Assembly: GCF_009834535.1 (NCBI RefSeq)
Contig: NC_045697.1
Location: 118,236,001 to 118,300,000 of the forward strand
Direction: 5' to 3'
DNA length: 64,000 nucleotides
Source of the DNA: Camelus ferus
Taxonomy: Eukaryota
The notes beneath the pieces were generated by a model, which worked only from the letters and a program-made list of their open reading frames with translations, was not told the origin of the DNA and made no database searches. Made by a program: the position numbers and the translations under genes. This document shows, piece after piece, positions 1 through 13,559 of the stretch; the first letter of the stretch is position 1, and each line of letters opens with the position of its first letter.

Positions 1-41
1 TATATCCCCATAGAATGTAAACAGCAAAAAAGCAGACTGGT

Positions 42-360
42 TGCTATGGTCTGACTGTGTCCCCGTAAGTGCACTCGCTGCCACCTCAATGCCCAGTGTG
101 GCGGTGTCAGCAGGCAGAGCTGCTGGGGAAGATTAGACCAGGGGCGGAGCCGCCCTTGTGAAAGAGACCAAGGGAGCGCCCTCGTGCCGGCCACCAGGCG
201 AGGACACAGTGAGAGGTGGGCGCTCTGCAACCCGGAAGGGGGCCTCGCCCAACCGTGCCCCCCCATTTCCGACTCCGTCTCCAGCACTGTGACAGATTTC
301 TCCTGTTTATCAGCCGCCCTAGGGGGTGATTTTGTTATAGCAGCCTGAACGGGCTAAGAC
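42..360 (+). mobile_element. MaLR solo LTR (MLT1A/MLT1A0-like)
   Basis: Starts TGCTATGGTCTGA..TGTCCCC and ends TTTTGTTATAGCAGCCTGAACGGGCTAAGAC, the typical MLT1A termini; sits inside L2-like 3' sequence. Confidence 0.8.
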
Positions 361-569
361 TATTGTTCATCTGCTTTGTTCGTTAACGTGTCCCAATCGC
401 CTGAAACAATGCGTAGCTCACACTGAATGCAGTTCTCCCTTGACCAACACCGGGCGGCGCTGCGCAGGTCTGCTCCGACGTGGGTTCTCCAGCCTCTGCG
501 AGGCGCAGGGCTCAGATGTACTCAGTAAATAGGAGAAGCATGGTTAGGTGATGCTGGCAGTGATGGTGA

Positions 570-800
570 CGCTGACCACGATGAGTGATTACCCTGTCTT
601 CTACCCGGGGCTAAGAAACGTGCTTCCATGATTGCCCCCAAATCCCCCCCAAATACTATGGCACCTGGATATTATGATTCTTATTTTGTCAATGAAAATT
701 AAAACCCATGACTTGAGAAGCTGAGGAATATGTCCCAAATTCCACAGCTGGTAAACCACCTGAGCTTGGTCTGTCATATTTCAAAGTCAGCGTTCTTACC
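570..800 (-). mobile_element. MIR SINE fragment
   Basis: ATTTTGTCAATGAAAATT...ATATGTCCCAAATTCCACAGCTGGTAA resembles the antisense MIR core. Confidence 0.6.
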
Positions 801-1319
801 CTGTATAAGTCTATCATCCCTAAAGTCGTAATTCAGGGGAGTTAATTTTATGCTTGCTTGGACCTCTAACCAATAAAAGAATTATGTTTATTGTATACGG
901 TCAGTATCTTGAATATGCTATACTGCAGTGTTCATCATGTCTTTTAACAAATCCATTTGATTTTTAGACACAGTTATTATTTATCTCCCTTCTAGTCACT
1001 GTATAAAACTCCGTGAATTCATTCTTACAGTTAGCCTGTGAAAGCCCATCAGCACCAATGCATTATTTGGACATGAAACACGTAGAGTGAAGACTTTTAT
1101 TACCTTGTCTTGCCTGATAACACAAAATCACAAATAAAAGTGACAGGTCGTGGTGGGAGTGATAGTGTCAAGGGCGGGAAAGCAATAAAAGCCTAAAGAT
1201 TCCAAGTGGCGACGTTAAAAATAAAACACGCAAGAGGGACAATAGTTATTGTCAGCAAGGGGTGTGTGTCATGAAGAGTGGAGGTGGAGATCAGGAAGAA
1301 GTGCATAAAGCTAAGCAGA

Positions 1320-1500
1320 TGGGAACCGCCTCCATCTTCCATCAAGTGTGTTACCCCAGCCGCTCGGTGCACCCCCTCTCTTCAGTTTGCTCATTTCCAA
1401 ATTGGTGATAAAAATAGAGCCTGTCTCAAAGAGGTGTGTAGAGAATAAGGTGAGTTTATACATTTAAAATGGTTAGAATCCGAGCCTAGAGGCGTAAATG
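1320..1500 (+). mobile_element. MIR SINE fragment
   Basis: CTTCAGTTTGCTCATTTCCAAATTGGTGATAAAAATAG matches the MIR core. Confidence 0.6.
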
Positions 1501-2368
1501 TTTTCTATGACCAGCTGCGCGATTCTGATGCGCAGAAATGCATCTCTTTTCTCTCCTGTGATGGACATCAGCTATTGCTGAATGATTGGACCTGCGACGT
1601 ATCTGCTTAGAAGTAGGAAGATTCTAATTCCAGTCGCTTTAAGACTGTTCCCGTTCCTTCTTTTCCTTCTCGGGAGCATCTGGGCACAGGTGGAAACTGA
1701 CAACGTCACGACGGAGAAGGCAATAGTCTGTCACCCGAGTTGCCCTCCAGGTCCTCTCCTGGCCCTTGGGCTCATGTTAGCATCCCTACAAATGTCAGTG
1801 GTCTTATGACGGCTAGATTTTCCCGCACTCTGCCCGTCTCCATCTGGACCGCCAGCAGCTCACCTATGTTGATCCTTGGAGCTCCAGGAATGACTGAGTT
1901 TCCATCATGAGCAGGAAATGGTGGGGAGGGGGCATTAATCCAGGTGCTTTCTCTGCCTCATCAGACAACGTCACTGTTTCACACTAAGGGGGCCTCCCCA
2001 TGGGGTCACAGAGCCCACTGGGTGGTGACCTCCTCTCAAAGCTCCAAATGAGAAGCAGGGCACAGGGCGCCCCTGCAAGCATATTTCCCCTCAATCTGTG
2101 GTTTTTATTGTCTCCTTCTTCCACTCTTGGCCAAAGCCTGGATAATGAAGACACTGAGTCTTCTCTCAGGGAACCAGACAGCATCTTCCTTGTTTCATTC
2201 CTTTAAAATCTGCCAGGAGTACTTTTCTCTTCTTACGTGGAAAGACCCTCCCTTACATTGTACTTCACATTTTCCATGTCCTGTGGCTAATAATTAAAAT
2301 CAACAATAAAAAATCCTCAGTGCACTCAGTCAGATTTAGATTTTGAAATTTCCTAATGTCTTTTCTGC

Positions 2369-2882
2369 TTTTTTTTTTTAATTGAAGTATAGTCAGTTTA
2401 CAATGTTGTGTCAATCTCTGGTGTACAGCGAAATAGTTCAGTCATACATATACATAAATATATTCCTTTTCAGATCCTTTTCCATTATAGGTTACTACAA
2501 GATATTCAATATAGTTCCCTGTGCAATACAGTAAGACTTATGTTGTTTATCTATTTTATGGATAGTAGTCAGTATCTGCACATCTCGAACTCCCAATTTA
2601 TCTTTTCCCACCTCTTTCCTCACTGGTAATCATAAGTTTGTTTTCTATCTCTGTGAGTCTCTTTCTGTTTTGTAAGTAAGTTCATTTGTCTTTTTTTTTA
2701 ATTTCACATATACATGATATCATATGGCATTTTTCTTTCTCCTTCTGGCTTACTTCACTTAGAATGACAATCTCCAGGTCCATCCATCTTGCTGTAAGTG
2801 GCATTATTTTATTCTTTTTCATGGCTAAGTAGTATCCCAGTGTGTGTGTGTGTGTGTGTGTGTGTATACATACACACCACAA
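2369..2882 (-). mobile_element. 5'-truncated L1 3' end (artiodactyl/camelid type)
   Basis: Poly-T then AATTGAAGTATAGTCAGTTTACAATGTTGTG; the minus-strand ORF carries the L1 ORF2 C-terminal motif WMDLEIVILSEVSQKEKEKCHMIS; contains (TG)n at 2841-2866. Confidence 0.9.
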
Positions 2883-3774
2883 TTTCTGCATATAAGTCCT
2901 GAGTTGAACATTGACCTGTCTGTTCAGCCTTAATTGTAGAAAGTGCTAAGTGACAGGGATTCTTGGGAGTCGAAAATACTGTGGATATTAATTCACAAAT
3001 GATTTAACACTTTGCAAGAATAAGAAAAGGGAAGTCAACTTACATTTGCTAAGTGCCTATTACTATTTCTCAAAGACTTAAAAGTTACCATGGAATGTTC
3101 AACTTTTCAAAAAAGTTATAAAGTGAGCTAAAAATAGCTTTTTTTATGCTCAGTACAGTTTGGATTCTATGTAAATAACCATTCTAGGCAGGATGGGATC
3201 CTGGTTCTGGTCCCAAGGCTCCTGCTACCATCCCCAACAACACCTTGTGACACATTTACAATCACATGTCACATGTCACATGTCACAGCCTCTATTCCAG
3301 CAAGCCTCTATTCCTCTATTCTCATTGGCTGTTTGTCTCCATGTGGTCTTTGCTCTGAATTACTAAGTCAAAATACCCAGAAAGGGCATTCATCTGCTCC
3401 TTTTCCCAATTATTTAATTTATTAAATAGTATAATTCCCAATTATTTGATACTATCCCTTTTAAAGCTTTAACTTTTCTCATCTTTCTATATATTGAACT
3501 TCCTTATGCTATACAGATTATACAACTTAGCCTTTACCTGTATCTTTCAGATCAGGTAATCTGGACCCATGTTACCTTTATAAAGGGACACATCTAGTAA
3601 TCAGAAAAAAAGTTTGTTACTCAAAAAAATAATTCAGTATTGTTTGTCAAAATCATTCAACTTTCCCCTGATGTTAATTTTCCTTTCTTACTTCCTAGAA
3701 TTGATAGGTGTGCTATGAAACCCCAATCTTGCAATTAAAAATATAATAACCTAGTGTTTAAAATGTGTAAGACT

Positions 3775-3931
3775 GGGGGAGGGTATAGCTCAAGTGGTAA
3801 AGTGCAGGCTTAGCAAGCATGAGGTCCTGGGTTCAATCCCCAGTACCTCCATTAAAATAAAACTAATAATAAATAAATAAACCTAATGAACTCCCCCCAA
3901 AATAAAAAAAAAAAAAATTAAAATTAAAAAT
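3775..3931 (+). mobile_element. tRNA-Ala(AGC)-derived SINE (camelid Vic-1 type)
   Basis: GGGTATAGCTCAAGTGGTA..GCTTAGCA..GAGGTCCTGGGTTCAATCCCCAGTACCTCCA head with A/B boxes, A-rich tail; imperfect TSD AAAATGTGTAAGAC (3760-3773) / AAGATGTATAAGAC (3932-3945). Confidence 0.9.
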
Positions 3932-6900
3932 AAGATGTATAAGACCTATATAGAAGTCCAAATATTATTTACTATAAAGTATGCCTGTTAGAAGTTATAT
4001 ATTCTTGTCGTGTTACATCAGATTATTTCCTCATTTAACACAGTCAAAATGCTGTGAAAATTCTATATCCATCTCCACTGGAAGACAGGACATCCTTTCA
4101 GGCACAGAGCAGATTTTATTAATCTTACACATTCCCACATGTAGCACCCAGCAAATAGTGGGTACTCAAAAAATGTATCTCATAGTGATTAAATAATACA
4201 CCTATAATAGAAATAGCTCTTTATTCACCAGAATTAAACAGCTGAATTAGAAAGGAGTTACTTGACCATGACTTTTGAAATACCTAATTACTTGCCTTTG
4301 GTCAAATTGATAAGCAAAAACATATGGTATTCATACAGCTATAATTTAGTCTGAAATATTACAGACATTGATGAGAACATGTAACACTGATATATCTCAT
4401 TTATGAAAATACGAATTAGGATTGTGTCAACTGAGGAAAAACAATTCAAATTCTCATCATCAAGAATATTTAAGTACCTCATCCGTATTTTAATTATCCT
4501 TAAGTTATGTTACAGCAAAACATATAGACAGATTGCTATTTAAAACCAAAACGAAACCACAATCAAGGTGTGAAAAAAAAACCTAAAAACTGTAAACAGA
4601 GCTTCCTGCCCTGAAGTTACTCTGTTGTTCATATTCCTTATTGGAAATTGACCGTCCATCAATAACTCCGTCACAAGCCGACCTGTTCATTGGCTGACAT
4701 CTTTCCAGGCTCTCCCACCCAAACACGATGGCCTTCTGATGCCCTGCTTCACTCCTTCGCTGCAAAAATGGCAGGAGACCAGCTGTTTGTAACACACGGA
4801 CTCTACCTTTAGGGCCAAACCCTACTCCAAATTCTACTACCCCATTAACAAAACCAACTCCGTACCTTTTGGGGAAATTTCCTTTTGAAAAGGTGCTTTT
4901 CTACATACTCTATTTTTAATCTGATTCTCAGAACATACATAATGGTGAGGGTGAGAATTTTTAATCCTAAATTATAGGGTTTCTTTTAAAGGCTGTTCCT
5001 CAGAGTCATTAAATTATTTTGGTTTAGAAAACCAGAAAAATATGAGGAATCATTAATGAAGCCTACCCCTTTTCTCTCCACCACTCAGACCAGAAATGCA
5101 AGTTCAGGGATGATTGGACACAATTCTCCTATTCACAGTCTAAATTCAGGGATGCAGCTTAGGAAAGCGATGCTAAAGGTTGTACTGCCTAAAAGCTGCT
5201 CAAGAATAACACTGGAAAGCTGGTGTAATAAATGTTCTTGCTGAATTATGGCTCAAATGTGGGGTTTTCACCTGCAATTATCCTAAATCCTGGCACCTCA
5301 AGCATGTTCCTTTTTTTCCTTTGTAATATTTTACTCAAGAATCCCATCTGAGCTGGAATCTTAAAAGGCTCAAAGCTATCCTTGCCTTGACACAAAACTT
5401 TGGGGTTTTGTTATGACTGTAACAAGTGATGTTTTTATAATCCTCTGTTTCAGAGCTGAACTGTGAGAAGTACCTTTTGATATTCGGTGATATTATTATT
5501 TGCTTTCTTTTTCTGGCAGATGATCTTGGCACTTGAGAGTGTTTTTTCAAACAACGTAGCAATGATACACCCTCCCAGAGTTTGGCTGCTGATTTAGAAC
5601 AAAAAGTCTGGGTAGTCTCTGGGTAATTCAGTAGTTTCTCAATTTTAAGTGTGTTTAGTTAGATTTTCATTCTTAGATAATTAGCTCTAACTATGAAAAT
5701 GTTTTATTAATATGTGACCTTAACAAAGAAAAAGACAGGCACTATAAACAATCTTGCATGAGTCTAGTAGCAAAAGTTGAATTGTCCAAAACGGTGATTT
5801 CTAACTTAGAAGATGCACCTATAATGTGAAAAGAAAACAAAAGTTGGGTACCACAACTCTGTGGTGCTCTAAGAACCTAGTTTCTTCACTTTATGCCACG
5901 TGACTTTATTTTTCCAGATAATAAATGTTGCTTGGCTATCATTTTTATTTACTATCATTTACTATCATTTTTATCATCCTATTTATTTAACAAAAGAATT
6001 ATGATAAACTACCTCCATTCAGTGAGTTTTAGGGCCATTTCCCTTGGGGGAAAAAAGTGAGAAATGGATTGTATCTTGAAAAGATATAGGACTGATTATG
6101 TATGCATATATTTTGTGAAAATGTTTAATTGCAGTTTAAGTTATTTCTTAGTTGATCTAACCTTGAATCTCAGATGTCTCCAACTAATGTAAGATAAAAA
6201 TTGAAAATTATAGTAAAATATAAATGAATTTATCTCAAATAATATTAATAACTTCAAATAAACTTAGCACATTGCATATAGAAATTCATTTATGCATTTA
6301 TACATCCTTGTTCATTAGGGGCCCTGTTGCACAAAGGAGGAAGCTGAGGCTTGGAGAGGTGAAACAGGTAGCTTGAATTCCTCCAGTTAGTGAATTCCTG
6401 GGCTAACATCTGAACCTAGTTACGACTAAAACAGAAAACCATGATGGGAACCACTTACTGTATGACTGATGAATTATAATATGCAGATCATATATATGTA
6501 TGGATTGTTTAAAAAAGTACACTGAAGAACACTGGATACAACTATGTCATAAATCATCCGTATGACTTTGGCTATACTGAATACTGAGATTCAATGTCTT
6601 CATCCCTAAAATGAAAATAGTACATAGCCAAATTCAATGAAAACTACATTTTAGAGGGTATAAATATGGCGCCAAATTAATCATGACCATTCTTATGATG
6701 GTAAGCATTCAAAACAATAACTGGAAACAGAAATGGTTTGCACATGTGAGCATCCCAGCAGCTCCACGTTTCAAAACTCTGTTGGGACTTTCCTGTCAAT
6801 ACCACCGCCACGTATGAGTTACTGCAAGTTGCAATTATGGGACCACAAAAGCCCCAAAACCCCTGAACCTGAGAAATTCCTGTCAGATATAAAAGGAACA

Positions 6901-7105
6901 GACTTGTATTCTAGTAAAAGAATAACAAACATGATGTTCTTCAGTTGACGAGAAAACACTCACTTTTTAAAAACAGCCTGGATTGTCTGAGCTGGCTTGA
7001 TCAATTTCTGTTTTAGCTGATTTTCCAATTAGATTGGAATAAAAGCAATTATATCTAACTTATCAGTAGAAGACAAAATAAATCATTCCAAGTGTGACAA
7101 AATCT

Positions 7106-7238
7106 TGTAGAAATTTTTTTTTGCAAGGGAGAGGTAATTAGGTTTATTTGTTTTTAGAAGATGTACTGGGGATTGAACCCAGGACCTTGTACATGCTAAC
7201 CATGCACTCTATCACTTGAGCTATACTCTCCCCTCTCC
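7106..7238 (-). mobile_element. tRNA-Ala-derived SINE (Vic-1 type)
   Basis: Antisense head GTACTGGGGATTGAACCCAGGACC...GAGCTATAC; perfect 15-bp TSD AGTGTGACAAAATCT at 7091-7105 and 7239-7253. Confidence 0.9.
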
Positions 7239-8639
7239 AGTGTGACAAAATCTATGCAGTCCTTGGACCTGATGGGCAGGGTGGTGGTGTATGCAGTCTA
7301 GCCTTGGTTCTCAGAATCTCACCACCTTCTGGTATACTTTTACTGCAAATACACCTAGGAGTGGACGCTGAGTTATATGTAGGAAGTTGACTACTTTTAC
7401 TGGACACCACTGGCAATTTGTAATATGAGTGTACCAAATTAACTTAGCAGCAGCTGGAAAGAATTCTTGTTGCTTAACTTGAAACCCTTAAAAATATTTG
7501 GTAGTTAAAAAATGGTCCTTTCTCTGTAGTCATTTGGGGGTTCGTGTTAGAGGGTTTGGGTTTTCTTGATGATTAAGATTTTTCTAATATTTTTTGGCCA
7601 TTTGTTATCCTCTTCAGTAACTGTCTGTGGAGTTCTTAGCCCATTTTTCTATTGCATTGTTTGATTATCATTGATCTGTAAATATTATTTACATACCTTG
7701 GATATGAATCATAAGTCAAATGCATGTGAGGCAAAGTACAGTCTTAGAGTCTGTTAACATGCCAGATGATTTTTTCCTTCCTCCATGCTCTTAAATAATC
7801 TTGTTTTAGTTGTACAGCTCTTCAATTTAGCATTAGAATTTCCCAAAAAGAAAAAAAATCACCTGCCTTTGAGAAATCTAGGAGGAGAAATTAGGCATGT
7901 ATATGTATTACATTCCAGAAATACAGTAGTTAGTAACAGGAGAACACGCTTTAATGTAGGCATGTGTCTGTATACGAACCTCTGGGAGTGCTTGTTTCAG
8001 CTGTGAAATTACCTATGTTCACACGTAATTTACCTTTGAGGAAATTACCTTTGAGTAAATTACGTGGGTTGATCTCTGAGTCAAACTGAATAGTTAGACC
8101 CAGACAAACTAACTTCTGAATCACAGTCATGCAAAGGTATTGTCTCTGCCTCTTTTATCTCTTCGTGTTCTTGCTTTCTGGTGCTGGTGACAAGAGTGCT
8201 CGTCTAGGAAGAATGCTTGTTTAAACCAAGATGTTGGTTGTCTTTATCCTGCGGTATGTGAACCGCGTGACTGAGCCAGGTCTACCCAGCACTGGCCGAT
8301 GTGCAAACTCGAGTTGAAGCTGCAATGTCCAGGTCATTATAGACGATGGATAGATAAATAGACAGACAGACTGTAAACGTTTTAAACCTGCATTTTCTCT
8401 TCACATCAATTTAACGTGATCTAAGAAACACAGAGTCAGTCCAACATGCAAAATTTAAGACTTTTATCCTTATTATTACATGTAAGTAGAAAGTTTTTGT
8501 TTAGATTACATGAAGGATTGTGTCCTTCCTTTACATGGATAAATTAAAAATAATTTTAGTTATCAGATAATACTATTACAGAAAGAAATTCCAGCTAGCG
8601 TACTTAGCCCTTATTTTCAGAAGGTGATACGTAGAGTTT

Positions 8640-8790
8640 CCATTCAGAATTGCCTGGTTGTTCAATAACAGTGTAGACAGCAAGACCCTGACCCGGCCAA
8701 CAGAATCCTAAGCTCTGGGTGAGGTCTAAGAATTTGCATTTCTAAAAATTTCCTCATGAGAGATAGACACGTGTTTGAGAAATACTTGCA
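8640..8790. mobile_element. MER5-like hAT-Charlie DNA transposon fossil
   Basis: CAGAATC..TCTGGGTGAGGTCTAAGAATTTGCATTTCTAA...TTTGAGAAATACT resembles MER5A. Confidence 0.55.
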
Positions 8791-9979
8791 GAGTCAGGTA
8801 ATGTACATAACTAGTAAATTATCATATAAACAGATGGTCAAAGTATAATTGGTAATATGGAGTAAACGTTATAATAAATAGAATTCCTTTTTTGAAACAT
8901 AATGCTATACTTTGGCACCAATGAACTTGACATTTGGGAATAGAAGTTTTGAGTTAAAAATGAATGCTGAAATTTGGAAATGCTTTATTGTTTTTCCTTT
9001 TCTAAACACCACCCTTCCATTCCAAGAATATAAAATATTTTGACATAAAATCAGTACGTAGGATAGTTTGGTTCAGCAATGAAGAATCACGGAACACTTA
9101 TGGACAGAAGGTTGTTATATTGTATTTTCCAATAACATAAATTTACACATGATGAGATAGCCTCACATAATCAAAAGCTTCAGTAAAATTACAGTTGAAA
9201 TAAAGCCAGTATTTGAACCCAGACCTAGTGCTGTCTTTGCTGATCTCCATGGTCCTTCTACACTATTGAATGTTTCTACTTATTTTTGCTTCACATGGTG
9301 ATTATCTCCTAGCCAGGTCATAGTTTGTGTTACTAATATGGACAAATATGACCTTGAATAATGTATAATTAAAGCTTTTTGAGGAGCAGGGTGGATGTGC
9401 AGTCGAATTTTCTCTGCACACAGTAGCATCTAAGAAAGTCTAATTGAAGCCACTACTCAACTTCTATTGTGAACAAGAGAAAACTCTAACAATAACGTAA
9501 CTTTCCCCATGGATGTGAACCACACAGGAAGGGGTTTCCTGAGAAGCAGTCAAATTCTTCCTCTTCTTTCTGTTCAAATTAGAAATTAAGTGCATGAGAA
9601 AAATGAAATTGAAACAAGACAGAGAGGGTCAACTTTCTACAAAGAAAGCCAAACCTACTTTCCACATTATTTTTATCTGGCAGAACAGATTTTCTGTGTG
9701 TGTGTGTGTGTTTTCTTAAAAATATGTGAAGAGTAAATCTTAGACCCTGACTTCACAGGGTTAAATGAGAAATTAAACATGTGTTTCTCTTTGCTGATTT
9801 TTCAGGCCCTCCAAATTATTAGTGAACATGCACAAAACATCAGAAACAGACCAGTTGGGGCAATGGCGTCGGAGAAGGGAAGCTATTTTTCAAAGGTGGA
9901 AAGTGGGTGGATGAGTAGTGATGTAGATAGGGAACTAGAGGAAAGGGCGCCCTAACTCTGTTCTGATGTGTTTCCATGT

Positions 9980-10270
9980 ATCACAGTTTTCATTCTGGTT
10001 GATGCACCAAATACCCTCTTTCCTTGGCCAGTGGGAGCCCCTTCCAGTTGGCTCCTAAGTGTTTTGGACAAGACTCTAATAGCTTTGGCAGCTTCTCTAT
10101 TCTCCGGTTTGTGAAGCTGATTCAGCCTCATGTTGTATATTATCTGCCCCTAACCTGAAACTGTTTCTTTCCCCAAAGAGCCCTAGATCCTAAGGATGGA
10201 AAAGAAGTATTTCAAGGTCATAATCTGGGCAGTCAGTGCGACTATGTCCAGTGAGCTTGTCCACGTCCGC
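9980..10270 (-). mobile_element. Old L1M (L1MC-like) 3' UTR fragment
   Basis: TTGGCCAGTGGGAGCCCCTTCCAGTTGGCTCCT...TTCCCCAAAGAGCCCTAGATCC is characteristic of L1MC4/5-type 3' UTRs. Confidence 0.55.
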
Positions 10271-13200
10271 CCAAGTAGCCCTGTCAGCACTGTTGGTTTG
10301 GTACGGCCCGTTCTCCCCCGCGTAGTCTTGCTATTTGACCCCTCAGTCATTCGTGTGTGTTCTGTGCATTTCTCTCTGTTGAGTAAAAGGTTTTTACGAA
10401 TATGTATCTGCATTGTCTGAGTTTTGAGATCTGACAACTGAATATATCATCGTCATGATTTTTAGAAACTCTAGGGGGTCCGTGTCTTGGAGTGTGACAC
10501 ATGAGATGTTATGAACAGAATTCAGGAAAGAATTTAATGTGGTGCTGTCACCGTCTAACATTCCTGAATAAAGACAAAGTGGGGAAAGACTATTGTTCGT
10601 GTCTCCGTGTCATCACGGATGACAGGACCAAGGACTAGGGTTACTTGTCTTCTCACTATGACACTTAGCACTACTTCTTGATGAAGTTTTGTGTCTCCTC
10701 CTTTTTTATATGTGAACTGTCATGTCTAATTGACAACCTGCAAATGCACTATGACTTGTAACTGTAGTCCCACAAATATGATAAAACATAGAGATTTAGA
10801 AGAAATAGTATACATACTGTCTCCTTAAAGGGAATTTTAAATCAATTTCAAGAGAAAAAAACTCATTGATAAAAAAGGTAAAAAAAAGAAGACAGAACAA
10901 AAAGCTGTAAAATAATATAGCAGCTATCATATATTAAATATAACATAATATATATAACATATCATTCATATATGATTTTAGAAAGGGAGACCAGTTTGGG
11001 TTGGAAATACATCCATTTAATTCATTTATTTACTCACACACCTTCCTCCAGAGTTACTGAAGTGATTTGTAGGAATGCATATGGTGTAAGTGAAAAAAGA
11101 GTCACAATGCTCACAATTGTCAAATGAACAAAGAAATTGTGTGAAGAGAAATTTGACTACAAATATTAATAATTTTAGAAATATGCACAACTTACAAATT
11201 GAGACTTCTACTTCCATTCATATACTTTAATAATATGAAGTTAAACATTTAGCAATGAAGATATTTAAAACAAAGCTGCTCACCATAGTAATGTCTTAAC
11301 CACTGAATGCAGCATGAATGGCCAGCTATATGGAAACACTTCCACTAAATGATGATACACTCATGTGATATGTTATTATTAAACTACTAAATATCATGTT
11401 TTCAAATAATGTTCAGTGACACGAAAATACTCCTATAATCTTAATTTTTAAATATCATGTAAAATTGTATTTTAGTGCATTCCAAGCCTGTTAGAATACT
11501 TATAAAAACAAGTTTATAAAAAACTATTGTAAATACATCCAATTATTTGAAGTGGTTATTTGAATGGTTATTTCCAGGTAATTGAATTTGTTTTATATTA
11601 TTTTTTTCTGTTTTTTCAATAATTTTTACAAGCATTTTATTTTTTAAGATTCTTTTTTTTGTGAGATAAAATTGTATTTTTAGAGTGTAATACATGCAAA
11701 AATTAAGATACAAACATACATGATGTTAAGATGGGAAAACAGAGGCAGCAGAATTAATTAATCTATATATCAGTTTAGAGTAGTAATTGGCATGCTTTGA
11801 AGTATTTTACAGCTGCTAAAATGGACTAACATTTTAGGCTCAGAGTTCCTGATAAGCAGATAAACTTAGTTAACCAAGTTAACCAAGTAAACACAAACAC
11901 AAAAATGTCTTATATAATTGGCAATTTTAATAAGTTAAAATCAAACGAGATGCTCGGAGTAAACACAACTGTCCCTTGTAATGGGGTGTAAGGGAATTTT
12001 GTTGGTCTTTACAAGAGGATACTGAATTACATTGTCAAACAAAATAGATAGGAAGTCTTTGTTGAATGGGCAGGATTTCAACTAAACCTGGAGGTTTGAA
12101 TACCTGAATAGGCAGAGAGGACCTGGATGGACACATTTCTAACAGAGAAAATGACAGGAACGAAGCTCTGAGGGATGAATGAGCCCAACAAGTTTCAGAT
12201 TAAGACAGTAAGAGCAGAGGGTTTGTACTGGAGAGACGTCGACAAGGGATGGCGTCCAAATGTCAACTACAAGACTCTTAAGGATAAAGATGAAGATGGA
12301 AAGAAGGAGAGAGGATGCGTTAAGTGCTGTTGGGGAGAAAGAGTCCACACCATTGTCTTAAAACACTGATTATACTTAGGAGGGAAATACACAAACAAAA
12401 TTCAATTCTGTGTATTTAGAAGGAAAACCTTATAACATCATCTGATAATTGCTGCTCTTTATTGATGTTTTAGGGAATGCTGGAAGTTTCCTGGTCTATA
12501 AAATCAGAAAGCTCTTGGCAATTTTATTTTTCCCAGATAAAGATTTCATATGAGGACTAGAGACACTCTATTATTCCTAGAAGAGCATGTGGTACATTCA
12601 GGCATTATGTAAAATTCTGATGACATATAGAATTACATTTACCTGTGTTGAAGTTATCTTTAGTTGAAAAACTTCTAAATGTACTCAATTTTTATTGATG
12701 TATCAGAGGATACATCATCAGGTACCCTTATAATACTGCTATAACTGCCATATTGGTTACAAACTAGTTACCAGTGTGAACTGGCCATTTACTGCTTTAA
12801 ATGTGGACTTCATAATGTGGAGTAGCAGTCTTAATCACCTTCTAAGTTTATAGAAAGGCTTTCCTGCAAGGAGAATATTTTCTGTTTACTACATGTAACT
12901 TCTATCCAAACAATATAGTCTACTTATACCTTTCAGATTATCCTCCAACCATTCAAATGGGAGTAATTTGAAGGAACTTCAAAACCAAGTGTTCCTGTTC
13001 TGACTTACACGACAATTCTTTATATTCCAGGAAAAAAATTCTCTTGGACTCAGAATCTTACATGTTCTATTTAGTTTCTCTATGTAAGACTTAAAAAAAC
13101 TCTACTCCTGCCTGTAAATATTACATTGCAGGATTAACTGCCTGCTCTTCTGTGATGATAGAAAGACACTGAGGACAAGAAAGAAACCAAAGTTCTGACC

Positions 13201-13559
13201 TGACAGGCTGATTGCTTTCGAGTAAGAAAGTTAAACACCTGTCCAATGAAAATGTAAGAAAATGTATTATGTATAGGTATTCCTAGTAACAAAAAAGTGT
13301 TAGTTTAGTATTTAGCTTTTCATCTTAACTTTCTAAATGCTTAAAAAATGGAAACAAAAGAGCTGAGAGCTCTGTGCAAACCTGGGACACCTGGAGAAAA
13401 GGGCGCAAGGTGAGTTTCGTAAGATACTGTATGCTCTTCGAATTTAGAATTTTAATGACTTTTACTTGCTAAATGTTTGAATTTCCTGGATAATATTTCA
13501 AAAGTCAATCTGGATATTATTTATTCTAAATAATAGTGCTGTCACACCAGGACATATCA

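Noticed and set aside
3262..3287. (TCACATG)n short tandem repeat with E-box words
   Set aside because: Only ~3.5 units; simple slippage explains it.
3781..3851. tRNA-Ala(AGC)-like cloverleaf
   Set aside because: It has a 5' extension, an A-rich tail, a TSD, stem mismatches and six sibling copies, so it is a SINE and not a tRNA gene.
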